This document shows, piece after piece, positions 27,801 to 37,483 of a stretch of DNA of 47,947 nt. Position 1 is the stretch's first letter, and the number at the start of each line of letters is the position of its first letter. The position numbers and the translations under genes are program-made. Source of the stretch: a bacterium (GTDB lineage: Bacteria > Bdellovibrionota_C > UBA2361 > CALJRW01); assembly GCA_031385045.1 (NCBI GenBank), contig JANNBC010000033.1, positions 1 through 47,947 on the forward strand, given 5' to 3'. The notes under the pieces were generated by a model. That model saw nothing but the letters and a program-made list of their open reading frames with translations. It was not told where the DNA came from and searched no databases.

Positions 27801-30565
27801 TAGAGGCGCTGGAAAATGAAATTTTTCTAAATACTAAAGAGGCTGGAGAATTTGAATATATCATAACTAATGTTGACGGATTAAATTTAGCTAAAATTAA
27901 ATATTATGTAAGAGGGATTGGAAATGTTTCTAGAGAGCTAGAGCGCAATGCTGAACTAAAAATAGATTTATCTAAAAAAGATTATAATAACTTAGAAGAG
28001 ATTGAAATCAGTATTCAGTCTCCTTATACTGGCACAGGCTTAATTACAATTGAGCGAGATAAAGTGTATGCCACAAAATGGTTTAATACCACTTCAACTT
28101 CAAGCATTCAAAAGATTATGGTACCAGAAGATTTGGAAGGTAATGCTTATGTGAATGTGGTCTTTTTGCGAGGACTAGATTCTGAAGAAATATTTATGAA
28201 TCCTTTAAGCTATGGGGTTGCTCCTTTTAGTGTTAGTCGAGGCAAGCACACTGCAAATTTAAAATTGACAGCAAGTTCCAAAATCCAATCTGGAGAAACT
28301 GTCGAAATTAACTTAGAGTCTACTGAGCCAGTTCGGGCGGTAGTCTTTGCAGTCGATGAGGGAATTCATCAAGTTGCCAGATACAAACAGCCAGATCCCT
28401 TATCACATTTTTATCAGAAGAAAGCTCTAGAGGTTGTCACTGAACAAATTATTGATTTACTATTACCCGAATTTGAAATTTCTGAGAAAGTTTCCGCTGC
28501 CGGAGGAGATGGAGATAGTTTGCTTGGAAAGTTTAAAAATCCATTTAAGCGCAAAACCCAACCACCAGTAGTCTTTTGGTCCGGAATTCAAGATCTATCA
28601 GGAACTCAGAAATTTAAATTTAAAATCCCAGATTACTTTAACGGTAACTTAAAAATTTATGCTGTCGCTGTTAATAATTCCAGAATTGGAATAGCAAAAG
28701 CAGATACGCTTGTTCAAAATGATTTAGTCTTACAACCAACTGCGCCACTAGCGGTCGCTCCAGGAGATACTTTCTTAGTTAGTACAACAGTTGCCAATAC
28801 TCAGAAGATAGAAACTGATGTCCGAGTTAGTCTGAGGATTGATCAGCGTTTATTGGCGAGCTCCCCTTTAATTAAAGAGTTAAAACTATTGCCAGGTGCC
28901 GAAGAGCTTGTTGAATTTGAGTTAAAAGCTGCCGAGTTTTTGGGCGCTGCTGATTTGAAATTTTTAGCTGAAGCAACGAACACCAAAGCAGAATCGACTT
29001 TAAGTCTTGCCGTGCGCCCAGCAATTAGCCAGCAGACCACCTTAGATGCAGGAATTAAAGCAACTGGTAATGAGCAAGAATTAATTTCTTGGAATAAAGA
29101 ATACTATCCTCAAGAATTTAGTCGTACTTTAGCAGTTTCCAGTGGTCCATTAGCTTGGGGCTTAGGTCTTGGAAAGTATTTAGAGGATTATCCGTATGGT
29201 TGCACGGAGCAATTAGTTAGCCAAGGAATAGCCAAGTTTTCTTTAGCTAAAAATAATGCTGAGAAACTAGTTGCTCAAAAGTTTTTAACAGATGTTTTTA
29301 ATTTACTTACCGCTAGACAAAACAATGATGGCTCACTGTCATTATGGCCACAGTCTTCCTTTACTAGCGAGGCAATTCTACCAACGATTCATGCTGCAAG
29401 ATTAGCCTTAGAGGCCAAGCAGGCAGGATATCGTGTCCCAGAATTATTTGTCACAGAAATAAATTATTTCTTAAAGAATCTAGCTGCTAGTAGTGAGCTA
29501 GATGATCAATCATTAGTGCATCGGGCTTATGCTAGCTATGTTCTAGTGCGTTCAGGAATGATAGTCGGGAATTATTTAACTGCCTTAAAAGAAGATTTAA
29601 GCAATGCCAAGCCTGCGAGTTGGTCACTAGCTTTAACTAAACTATTTATGGCAGCAGCCTATCAAGTACAAATGCAAGAACAAGAGGGTGCTCTGCTATT
29701 AAAAGAAGTGCCTCAGGAATTAAAGTCTACCAAAGAAATCTCTTGGCCATACTATCTCTCAGATTTAGCATATCGCGGATTTTATTTGGATTTAGTTGCT
29801 AGGCATTTCCCTGATCTAGCTCAGCAGATTCCTAATAAATATTGGGAAGATGTTTTAGCACAGTTAAAAAACTCTAACTATAATACCTTTTCCTCCGGGA
29901 CAATGATTCTGGCACTTAAGAGTAGCTCTCAGAATGCTCAGATTGTTAATAATCTTACTGTTTCCTACTCAAGTAATGGGAAAGATTATCAGGATTTAAT
30001 TCTGCAAGGCGATCTTGTTAAGACAGTGGATCTCCCTTGGGATGCTAAGCAGGTACGCCTAGTTGGTGCCAAAGATCAGCGTTACTTTTATCAAACGAGC
30101 ACTGCTGGTTTTGAGAAAAATTTTAGTAAGTTAAGAGAATCACAAGGGTTAGAGGTTTTTAAAGAATATCTTAATTCTGCTGGCAATCAAGTTAGCAGTT
30201 CGTTGCAGGGCGAGGATCTTTACGTCCACCTAACTTTTAGATCTTTACCGGGAAGGTCAGCAAACCAAATGGTGGTTGTCGATCTATTACCTGCTGGGCT
30301 TGAGCTGGCTGGTGGAACTCCACAGCTCGCTACTGGCATAGCAATCGGTCTGGCTCCAAGTAATTGGCTACCAACTTTTTATGAAGGACGGGAAGATCGT
30401 GTAATTCTTTATGGTAGTTTTGGCGAAAACTTGAAGCATTATATCTACAAGGTAAAAGCTGCTAGCAGTGGTAAGTTTGTCGTGCCCGGAACTCTTGTTC
30501 AAGATATGTATGATCTAAAAAGATTTGCTAAGAGTAGCACTACTGAAATTAGCGTTAGTAAATAA
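24806..30565 (+). CDS. yfhM: Bacterial alpha-2-macroglobulin (YfhM family)
   Basis: 1919 aa; DRGIYRPGESV, VDEFLPDR, AVDEGI, thioester YPYGCTEQ and VVDLLPAGLE; followed by pbpC. Confidence 0.95.
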   Translation: MPQSLSFIAKLISQTVSVIFGQISWNPPSWLKLLVKPFRRLAEYDHALYLESKLKFYLSKLFLLVLLIAVSYLVNWYLHLPEPEYTSLQVMEITPTNLEPGSTPNPLSIIFDTSAAKIDLIGKELNSEIIVNPQVAGKWFWRSDRNLVFEPFTDWKTGITYQVKLSPKLFTKNILLKEYRFAFTTPKINGSLAKAEFYEDPLDQKLKQAVASFKFSHQLDKSSFEKHVTVQVKEKNSKDYSAPLGFKVLFNERGNEAYVRSESLAIPNRDSEIRVVITPGVQSFLTGAGTVNEYQAYVNVPGADNYFKIQEVEERIVSNPVNHLAERFLIISTTAPAKSADLFEGLSVSIVEPKIRDEESGYSNPECWDSPAEIPGQVIAKSEQLTLTDLSDIQNPLLHSFKFQADPEKCLLVKIKAGTPSLSGFALSQDKSYALETSAYQRGIEILHQGSLLAVSGSKKLSILGRNQQAVKFKIHQIFPDAINHLLTQTSANGNFSLPEFENYNFGPENISEVFSQISSFSSAAPGLPQYTNLDFTNFVNSPKGYRGLFYLTATGYDQDTQTETEGFDQRLILVTDLGIIVKTDQAKNRSVFVMSFSQNSGVPNAKIKVLGKNGVAIFEGLTDINGRVDLPLLNELQYDKTATAILAQVGEDLSFIPWSRYDRRLNFSRFDVGGLYTNDLAKSLSAYLFNDRGIYRPGESVEFGLIVKNQDWTPIAKLPLELSIISPTGRQIFAKKLNFSESGFENYNYQISEEASLGFYELNVTLIDDQKKTRTVLGTSTFKVDEFLPDRLKIKAEFNTEQKAGWISPNSLKTNVNLSNLFGTAAAGNKVKASIGLYPGLPDFSNYPGFIFSDPLETKKSFNQELGEQLSDLEGNVIFDLQLQKFDQGNFFLRFAVEGFEKEGGRSVGTTLGSIISPLDYLVGWKPQTDFNFIKLNAKASAKILAVNHDLEKIALTNLKLQRVKTEYVSVLAKQPNGNLAYTAVKKQIPLETKELSLEALENEIFLNTKEAGEFEYIITNVDGLNLAKIKYYVRGIGNVSRELERNAELKIDLSKKDYNNLEEIEISIQSPYTGTGLITIERDKVYATKWFNTTSTSSIQKIMVPEDLEGNAYVNVVFLRGLDSEEIFMNPLSYGVAPFSVSRGKHTANLKLTASSKIQSGETVEINLESTEPVRAVVFAVDEGIHQVARYKQPDPLSHFYQKKALEVVTEQIIDLLLPEFEISEKVSAAGGDGDSLLGKFKNPFKRKTQPPVVFWSGIQDLSGTQKFKFKIPDYFNGNLKIYAVAVNNSRIGIAKADTLVQNDLVLQPTAPLAVAPGDTFLVSTTVANTQKIETDVRVSLRIDQRLLASSPLIKELKLLPGAEELVEFELKAAEFLGAADLKFLAEATNTKAESTLSLAVRPAISQQTTLDAGIKATGNEQELISWNKEYYPQEFSRTLAVSSGPLAWGLGLGKYLEDYPYGCTEQLVSQGIAKFSLAKNNAEKLVAQKFLTDVFNLLTARQNNDGSLSLWPQSSFTSEAILPTIHAARLALEAKQAGYRVPELFVTEINYFLKNLAASSELDDQSLVHRAYASYVLVRSGMIVGNYLTALKEDLSNAKPASWSLALTKLFMAAAYQVQMQEQEGALLLKEVPQELKSTKEISWPYYLSDLAYRGFYLDLVARHFPDLAQQIPNKYWEDVLAQLKNSNYNTFSSGTMILALKSSSQNAQIVNNLTVSYSSNGKDYQDLILQGDLVKTVDLPWDAKQVRLVGAKDQRYFYQTSTAGFEKNFSKLRESQGLEVFKEYLNSAGNQVSSSLQGEDLYVHLTFRSLPGRSANQMVVVDLLPAGLELAGGTPQLATGIAIGLAPSNWLPTFYEGREDRVILYGSFGENLKHYIYKVKAASSGKFVVPGTLVQDMYDLKRFAKSSTTEISVSK

Positions 30566-30571
30566 CTGTAA

Positions 30572-32857
30572 GTGATCATGAGGAGTTACTATCACTGGGT
30601 AAGAAATATTATTATATTATTATTAATGATATTTCTGATTGCTAAGTGTAGTCGTTATTTATTACCTAATAATCTATTAGTTAATCGCGGGGGTTTTTCT
30701 CAAGCTGTTTATAGTAAAGAATCAGAATTGTTAAGGCTGACATTAAGCTCAGATGAAAAGTATCGACTTTTTGTGCCAATCAAAGATATTTCCGCTAACT
30801 TTATTAAGACTATTTTACTACAAGAAGATCAATACTTTTATTATCATTTGGGATTTAACCCAATTGGTATATTAAGAGGTGCTTGGTTAACTTATCTTCG
30901 TGGACAACGTACTGGCGGATCTACCATTAGCATGCAATTAGCGCGGATCCGCTTTGGGTTAAATAGTCGAACTGCTATTGGTAAAGTAAATCAGATTATT
31001 TGGAGTATTGGTTTAGAATTAATATATTCTAAAGAGCAATTACTAGAAGCATATTTAAATCTAATTCCTTTTGGTGGAAATATCGAAGGCATTGGTGCTG
31101 CTAGTTTAATTTATCTTAAGAAAAAACCAAGTGCTCTCTCTCTAGCTGAAGGTTATTTGCTAGCATCTATCCCTAAAAGTCCTGTGGCTCGTAATCCACG
31201 TAAATTTCGTCAACGTTTAACTGAGGTAAGTAGTGAATTACTACTTCGTAAATCTAATTCTCCATTGTCTGTCTCTGATCTAGAGCAAGTCCAGCTTGCT
31301 GGACGAACTGAAGATTTGCCAAAGCGGGCACTTCATTTAGTGCAGAGACTAACCGCCGAAAATCCTTTTAAGTCAGAAATTACGACAAGCCTGTCATTAG
31401 ATATTCAACAATCAGTGGAAGAGCAAATTTCTAACTTTACCCAAAAGAATCATTCGCTGGGAATTAATAATGCTACGGCGATTCTAACTGATTGCAATAA
31501 TATGGAGGTGAAAGCATATGTTGCTTCGGCAGATTTTTGGAATAATAAAATTTTAGGACAAGTCGATGGGCTAACTGCTCGGCGTTCTCCAGGATCTGTT
31601 TTAAAGCCAATGATCTATGCCTTAGCATTAGAGCATGGAATTATTCACCCCAGTTCAATTTTAAAAGATTCATTTTTATCTAGAGCCTCATATAATCCAG
31701 AAAATTATGAACGAGACTTTGTTGGGCCAATTTCAGCGACAGCAGCTCTCGTGCGAAGTCGTAATCTGCCAGCAGTTAAATTATTAAATAGTCTTACTCC
31801 AGAAGTTTACTTAGATTTTCTAAAAGCAGCTGGGATTAAACCACTGCAAACTGTTGATCATTATGGTTTAGCACTGGCCCTTGGAGGTGTTGAAGTAAAA
31901 CCAGAGGATGTCAGCAAGCTCTACTGTATGTTAGCAAATTCAGGAGTTATTAAAGACTTAAAATATCTTCCCTCCCAAGAAAGTGAAGCTAAGCAGTTAC
32001 TTTCTCCAGAAGCGAGTTTTTTAGTACGAGAAATGCTAAAAACTAATGAGACAAATACTTTTTCTCAACATAGCTCACCACGGGTGAAGGTAGCTTGGAA
32101 AACAGGAACTAGTTTTGGTTTTAAAGATGCTTGGACTGCTGGTCTAATTGGCAATTATGCTTTGGTTGTTTGGGTCGGGAATTTTGATGGTACCCCTAAT
32201 CCAGCATTTTTAGGAAGAGAAACTGCTGCCGTATTATTTTTTAGAATTTTTGATTCGATTATTTCTAAGTTAAAGATTGCGGAGAGACAGGTGGCTAATT
32301 TAAATGTCCGTCAAGTTAAAGTCTGTGCAACTTCTGGAGAATTGCCTGGGCCAAATTGTCATCATTTTAATAGTTCTTGGTTTATTCCAGGAGTTAGTCC
32401 TATTCAGACCTGTCAGGTTCATCGTAAATTTAGAATTGATCCCAAAACTAAACTTGCTAGTTGTAATTTTGATAACCCGGACTTGATTGAGCAAGAATAT
32501 GAGATCTGGGATTCTGATATTCAGGAGGTCTTTCGAAATGCTGGTATAAACTTAAAGCCTGCCCCTGATTTTGAAGCGGATTGTAGCCTGAGTGCATTTA
32601 CTGCCGGGAGCCCAGTGATTACCTCTCCTCAAGAAACACTAATTTATCGCTTGGAAAAAGCAAGGAAAGAGATTCCCTTTACTGTTACCACAGGAGGTGA
32701 GTCTCGGCAGGTGACTTGGTTTTTAAATGATGATTTTTTAGCACAAGGAGGTTCAAGCGAAACATTTTTTTGGCAGGCAATCCCTGGTAAGCACTTAATT
32801 CGTGTTGTTGATGATCATGGCCGATCGAGCTCAGTATTAATTAACGTTATTAGTTAA
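30572..32857 (+). CDS. pbpC: Penicillin-binding protein 1C
   Basis: Transglycosylase EDQYFYYHLGFNP and GGSTISMQLAR; transpeptidase SVLK, SRN and KTGTS; C-terminal BiPBP_C-like domain; 6 nt after yfhM. Confidence 0.95.
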   Translation: MIMRSYYHWVRNIIILLLMIFLIAKCSRYLLPNNLLVNRGGFSQAVYSKESELLRLTLSSDEKYRLFVPIKDISANFIKTILLQEDQYFYYHLGFNPIGILRGAWLTYLRGQRTGGSTISMQLARIRFGLNSRTAIGKVNQIIWSIGLELIYSKEQLLEAYLNLIPFGGNIEGIGAASLIYLKKKPSALSLAEGYLLASIPKSPVARNPRKFRQRLTEVSSELLLRKSNSPLSVSDLEQVQLAGRTEDLPKRALHLVQRLTAENPFKSEITTSLSLDIQQSVEEQISNFTQKNHSLGINNATAILTDCNNMEVKAYVASADFWNNKILGQVDGLTARRSPGSVLKPMIYALALEHGIIHPSSILKDSFLSRASYNPENYERDFVGPISATAALVRSRNLPAVKLLNSLTPEVYLDFLKAAGIKPLQTVDHYGLALALGGVEVKPEDVSKLYCMLANSGVIKDLKYLPSQESEAKQLLSPEASFLVREMLKTNETNTFSQHSSPRVKVAWKTGTSFGFKDAWTAGLIGNYALVVWVGNFDGTPNPAFLGRETAAVLFFRIFDSIISKLKIAERQVANLNVRQVKVCATSGELPGPNCHHFNSSWFIPGVSPIQTCQVHRKFRIDPKTKLASCNFDNPDLIEQEYEIWDSDIQEVFRNAGINLKPAPDFEADCSLSAFTAGSPVITSPQETLIYRLEKARKEIPFTVTTGGESRQVTWFLNDDFLAQGGSSETFFWQAIPGKHLIRVVDDHGRSSSVLINVIS

Positions 32858-32905
32858 TTCCAGTTGCTTTCTTAAATTTTTAAAAATTGCTACTTTCACT
32901 TAACT

Positions 32906-33514
32906 ATGCAGATTATCAATAAATATTTTCCAGGTCTTAGTAATTTACAACGCGAACGACTTGAACAATTACCTAGTTTATATCAGGAATGGAATTCTAA
33001 GATCAATGTAGTCTCCAGATTAGATCTGCAAAATTTAGCGGAACGCCATATCCTGCATTCTCTAGCAATTTGTAAGCAGGTTAATTTTACACCCGGAAGC
33101 CAAGTTCTCGATTTGGGCACAGGGGGGGGCTTTCCTGGGATACCGCTAGCAATTTATTTTCCCGAAACAAATTTTCATTTAATTGATGGTATCAAAAAAA
33201 AGATTACTGTTGTGGAAGCAATTGCTAAGCGCTTGGATTTACAAAATATTAATGCCGAACAATTGCGCGCAGAAGATCTAGAAGGTCAGTATGATTATAT
33301 TGTTATTAGAGCTGTAGCAGAGATTGCCTTGCTCTGGAAATATTGCAAACGCTTAATCAAACCTGGTGGAGTATTGGTTTGCTTAAAGGGTGGAGATGTT
33401 GCAGCGGAGCTTTTAGCTTTGCCAGTCGGACTCAATTCCACGATTATCCCAATTGCTAAGTTTTATACAGAAGAATTCTTTCAAGAGAAATTCATTGTAA
33501 CAATTACCAATTAG
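32906..33514 (+). CDS. rsmG: 16S rRNA m7G527 methyltransferase
   Basis: WNSKINVVS, HILHSL, DLGTGGGFPGIPLAI, RAE, RAV and LKG. Confidence 0.95.
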   Translation: MQIINKYFPGLSNLQRERLEQLPSLYQEWNSKINVVSRLDLQNLAERHILHSLAICKQVNFTPGSQVLDLGTGGGFPGIPLAIYFPETNFHLIDGIKKKITVVEAIAKRLDLQNINAEQLRAEDLEGQYDYIVIRAVAEIALLWKYCKRLIKPGGVLVCLKGGDVAAELLALPVGLNSTIIPIAKFYTEEFFQEKFIVTITN

Positions 33515-33600
33515 ACGACAAATCTTTTCCTTTAAAAATAATTCAAATATTTCTAGTACTTAAATTTTTAAGTACCTCTGCTTAATTTATACTAAAGCCT

Positions 33601-33627
33601 TAAGTTTTAGATCAAAGCTGACGATTA
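33601..33627 (+). promoter_or_regulatory. Putative sigma-28-type promoter of orphan ORF 33678
   Basis: TAAG-N15-GACGATTA, 50 nt upstream of the ATG. Confidence 0.4.
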
Positions 33628-33677
33628 CTTCTTATCCAAATCCGTAGGTAAGAAATCAAAATCATTAATTCAGCATT

Positions 33678-34154
33678 ATGAGAGAAGCAGTTGTAAATAT
33701 TAGTAATCAGCAAGAAGCTGAGCGAGCTATTGTGGCACTAAGAGTTGTTGCCAAACAAGTAAATGACCCTTGCGCCGAGATTTCCGCGGAGTTAATTGAT
33801 TGTTCTCAGAAGTTATTATTTCTTAAAAATTTGACTGCCGATGAAAAGCATGGGCTTAATATTAAAATTAAAAATTTAATTTTTGAATTACAAAAATCAC
33901 TTCTGGCATCAAAGCGTTCTAACTTTCATCTGGCAATTGCTAATGATATCGAGGGTATCGGCAAGACTTTTTCTGCCCGCAATGTCTCAACGGCGATTGG
34001 CCTCTTAAATTGCGCAGTAACAAATGCTTTTTCTATTTATAATATTGAACGAGTCGTAGGTAATATAAAACCAAACTATCCAAACCCTTTGTCGCATAAG
34101 CCACAGGAAACATTAATTGTGGAATTAAATTCTACAATGCAGCTACGAAAATAG
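33678..34154 (+). CDS. Hypothetical helical protein (158 aa, no signal peptide)
   Basis: ORF fills the gap between rsmG and a convergent glycosyltransferase; no motif recognised. Confidence 0.6.
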   Translation: MREAVVNISNQQEAERAIVALRVVAKQVNDPCAEISAELIDCSQKLLFLKNLTADEKHGLNIKIKNLIFELQKSLLASKRSNFHLAIANDIEGIGKTFSARNVSTAIGLLNCAVTNAFSIYNIERVVGNIKPNYPNPLSHKPQETLIVELNSTMQLRK

Positions 34155-34186
34155 CTCTCCCTTTGGAGCGATGCATTGGGATTATC

Positions 34187-35578
34187 TCAGCTATAAATTC
34201 TACCCTTGAAAAAATTAATTATTTTTTGTACCTGAAGTTGTTCCGCAAAATAATTAAAGCCATATGCTGTTAAGATGGAGTATGTTGGGATTAGGGGAAA
34301 AGAGTAACGACTATAGCCATCAATACCAGCCATATTTGCAAAGTATAAGATCAGTAAGATACTAAAAATTGCCACTGGGCGCAGTCTCGAATCTTTAACT
34401 AGCAATACTAGAACACCAATCAATAGCAGGATTTGAAATTGTAAACACCTTTGATAGATTCGTGACAGATATTCCTCTGATGCTAAATTCATCTTAAACG
34501 AATCTAAGAATGTATTACTAACTCTAGTCGCACTGGAGCGAGCAGAAATTAGATTTTTATAAAAAAAGAAATTTTTTACACCCTTTAAGTGGCAATCTAG
34601 ATATCTTAACGGCTCTGCTTGGAAATGTTGCCAAGCAAGAGCTCCTTCTTGTTTAGACCGCTCAAATGGATCGGCAATGTTATTAAAAGGTGCTTGTAGA
34701 TCTGCCCATACTGCTTCTTTTGGGTGATTAGTAGTCCAAGCTTCACACGTCCCTATTCGCCAAACTAAAATTTCACGACCCATTTGTGAAGTAAGGCTGT
34801 AATGACCAAAGAGTTGATAATTACGGATTTGCCAAATACTTAATGTTCCCAAAAAACAAATTAGCACTAAGAGCATTCTAGGTAAGGCTTGTTTCCAGCT
34901 AATTGCTTTGAAGTTAAGCACCCAAAAAATTAATGGGATAAATAAAAGATACATTCCAATTGGCTTTATTAGTGTCAGTATCCCAAGCAACAGGCCAATA
35001 GCTATTAGATAGTAATCACTGTGTAACTTCCAATATTTAGCTAGGAGTAGAAAGATCAGTGTTAGTAAGGCAGTAAAAAAACATTCTGCATACAATGAAG
35101 TTGAATAGGCAATAGCCAGTGGATTGCTTATATATAAACTGAGTGCAATTAAAGCAGTCCTAAAATTTTTAAAAATTAATTTAGTAATATAAAAAATCAT
35201 TAAGCCTGTCAGGGCATCTAATAATATTTGAATGAAGCAGACGATCAAACTACTAACTCCAAATATTCGGTAGATCGTTGCTAAAAATAAAGGATATCCC
35301 GGAGTTCTAAATGTTGTTAGTTGAGCTAGATCTTGCTCATTCGCTGGAAATTTATGGAAGATGGCATTAATCCCATACTCATAGATCAGCATGGCAAAAC
35401 GGTGATATCCCTGAGCATCTGAAAAAAGAGTCAGTTTTTGTTGTAGTTCCTGAGGGAGGCTCGTTAGTGGTTCTAGCATAACGAGTCGAATAACAATCCC
35501 TATTAAGATAATTCCAATCACAAGGTAATGCTTGGAATTGGAATACACGAGCAAGGATTTGTTAGCCTGTTTAAACAT
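34187..35578 (-). CDS. GT-C fold membrane glycosyltransferase (ArnT/PMT_2-like)
   Basis: Multi-TM; SDAQGY in the first loop, RTPGYPLFLA, YAE, LIKP, WQIRNY..FG and RYSFP. Confidence 0.85.
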   Translation of the reverse strand: MFKQANKSLLVYSNSKHYLVIGIILIGIVIRLVMLEPLTSLPQELQQKLTLFSDAQGYHRFAMLIYEYGINAIFHKFPANEQDLAQLTTFRTPGYPLFLATIYRIFGVSSLIVCFIQILLDALTGLMIFYITKLIFKNFRTALIALSLYISNPLAIAYSTSLYAECFFTALLTLIFLLLAKYWKLHSDYYLIAIGLLLGILTLIKPIGMYLLFIPLIFWVLNFKAISWKQALPRMLLVLICFLGTLSIWQIRNYQLFGHYSLTSQMGREILVWRIGTCEAWTTNHPKEAVWADLQAPFNNIADPFERSKQEGALAWQHFQAEPLRYLDCHLKGVKNFFFYKNLISARSSATRVSNTFLDSFKMNLASEEYLSRIYQRCLQFQILLLIGVLVLLVKDSRLRPVAIFSILLILYFANMAGIDGYSRYSFPLIPTYSILTAYGFNYFAEQLQVQKIINFFKGRIYS

Positions 35579-35654
35579 TAATTTTGGGTGTTAAAACCAA
35601 TAGCTTTTAGTATATGAGAAATTAAAACTTAGGGATATAGTATGAGCCTGCTCT

Positions 35655-35877
35655 AAATATACTAGGTGACATTGAAAATTACCGTTTTTAAAATTATTCG
35701 CCTGGCATATAAGCGCGAAGCTCTTGAAGCGACCCAAGGGGGTCGCTCAGGCTAAAATGCTTATTTTATAAGCATTTCAGCTGGGGAAAACAAATATACG
35801 AAAACCCCAATGAACTAAAAATGCGATTAGCATCTTTCCTAGCAGTTCGGTAAAACCTAATGGGTTTTAGTATATTT
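35655..35877. mobile_element. MITE-like / palindromic element (223 bp)
   Basis: Imperfect 30-bp terminal inverted repeats: AAATATACTAggtgaCATTgaaaaTTACCG against the reverse complement AAATATACTAaaaccCATTaggttTTACCG. Internal hairpins AGCGACCC-aagg-GGGTCGCT (35728-35747) and AAATGCTTAT-ttt-ATAAGCATTT (35755-35777). No ORF. Confidence 0.55.
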
Positions 35878-35920
35878 CGATATTTAGAACTTAATTTAAC
35901 TAAGACATTAATTAAAAAAA

Positions 35921-37483
35921 ATGCGCATTGCAGAATTCAATAATATCTATGTCTTCGCTCTGCTTTTTGCTGTGCTTGGCATATTAATTTTTGGAAGAAG
36001 TGGTTTTTTAAATCAGCGAGCTAGAAACTTTCTGGCGAAGTTTAATCCCCAAGTGGAACTGCTTGCTAAAATAGCCTTGGTTTTATCAGCTAGTGCCGCC
36101 TTATTATTCTTTTTTTATTTATCAATTAATTTTGTTGGTAATGATGAAGGCAGTTATGCCTATGAAGTAAAATTAATCTTAGATGGATTAATTCCACTAC
36201 GAGATTTTATTAGTCGAGCCCCGGCGCAGATTTTTTTAATGACGGGATTTTTTAGTCTAGTTGGCAACTCACTACTAACTTTAAAGGTATTTAATTTTTT
36301 AATAATTCTAGGAATTCTTACCTGTGTCTATTGGCGGGTCAGGCAATTTCAAAACTGGATTATCTCACTTTTTGCTGTTTTAATAACTTTATTACAGCCA
36401 ACATTTTTTACTTCAAAGTTAGTACTGGGTACTACAAATTTAAGTATTTTATTTGTACTCTTAGCCTGCTCGCTATTGCACACTAAGTATTATTTATCAT
36501 ATTTTTTAACAGGAGTAATGCTAGCATTAGCAGTTTTTACCCGTGAGATTAATGCCTTTTTCGTACTTGCCTTAGTAATTTTTTTGATTGCCCAAAGAAA
36601 TTTAAGAAATCTGATCCATCTATTTTTAGGAGGCATGTTAATTACGATCCCACTTATTACATATTTTGGAATGGCAATTGGATTTGAACGAGCCGTAATG
36701 ACTTTGTTTGGGATTAGTCATGTCAACGTTCAGGAATCAGTTATTAGCTCAAACTATGCAATTAACTTCTTTTTAATTAGTTTGTTGCCAATTATGAGCT
36801 TTTTCGTATTACAAAAAAAACAATACCAGTCATTTAAATTATTTTATCCGGAGCTTATCTGGCTCCTGACGATTGCAATATTTTATTTTTATTACGCAGG
36901 GAAAAGAAGCTTTTTTGTTGCCTATGGCTCAGAATTTATTCCGCTCCTAATCATTATCTGCCTATCCGTTTCTACCTTCCCAAATACTCAAAAAATCAAA
37001 AACTATTCAGGCTATCTACTTTTGGGGATATTATTTTGTGCTAATTTAATGCTTTATGTTTTTATTGAAGGTCCTCGGGGAGATTCTCCACAAATAAAAA
37101 AATACAGTTTAGATCGACTCGCTGGAAGTGGCGTGCCTAGGAAATCTTTTGATGCAATCTCACGACTGATAGTATTAAATGCCCAGCCGAATGACCAACT
37201 AATAGCGGGCAATCTAGAATTTGCAGCCTCGATTGGTTTAGCTCAGTATCTGAACATTACTCGTCCCATGGCCTATGAAGGAAGAAGCAAGGTTTATGAA
37301 ATGTACCAAGCTCCTACAAAAGAAGAAGTGCTTAGCAAGATGAAGTCAGAACCACCAAGATTTATTATTTACGATCACCATCTCGAGTTAACTTTTTGGA
37401 ATGATATTGAGCAAACTCTAATTCCAAAATATGATTTAAAGTATTGGGATCCATACTCCCGACTCTTTATTTTGCGCGACTAG
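35921..37483 (+). CDS. GT-C fold membrane glycosyltransferase (ArnT/PMT_2-like)
   Basis: Multi-TM; GNDEGSY (DE motif), G.IPLRDF..RAP, and a C-terminal periplasmic PRFII domain. Confidence 0.8.
   Translation: MRIAEFNNIYVFALLFAVLGILIFGRSGFLNQRARNFLAKFNPQVELLAKIALVLSASAALLFFFYLSINFVGNDEGSYAYEVKLILDGLIPLRDFISRAPAQIFLMTGFFSLVGNSLLTLKVFNFLIILGILTCVYWRVRQFQNWIISLFAVLITLLQPTFFTSKLVLGTTNLSILFVLLACSLLHTKYYLSYFLTGVMLALAVFTREINAFFVLALVIFLIAQRNLRNLIHLFLGGMLITIPLITYFGMAIGFERAVMTLFGISHVNVQESVISSNYAINFFLISLLPIMSFFVLQKKQYQSFKLFYPELIWLLTIAIFYFYYAGKRSFFVAYGSEFIPLLIIICLSVSTFPNTQKIKNYSGYLLLGILFCANLMLYVFIEGPRGDSPQIKKYSLDRLAGSGVPRKSFDAISRLIVLNAQPNDQLIAGNLEFAASIGLAQYLNITRPMAYEGRSKVYEMYQAPTKEEVLSKMKSEPPRFIIYDHHLELTFWNDIEQTLIPKYDLKYWDPYSRLFILRD

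Noticed and set aside
33122..33129. G8 tract in rsmG as a phase-variation site
   Set aside because: It encodes the conserved GGG of the SAM-binding motif and the frame is intact.
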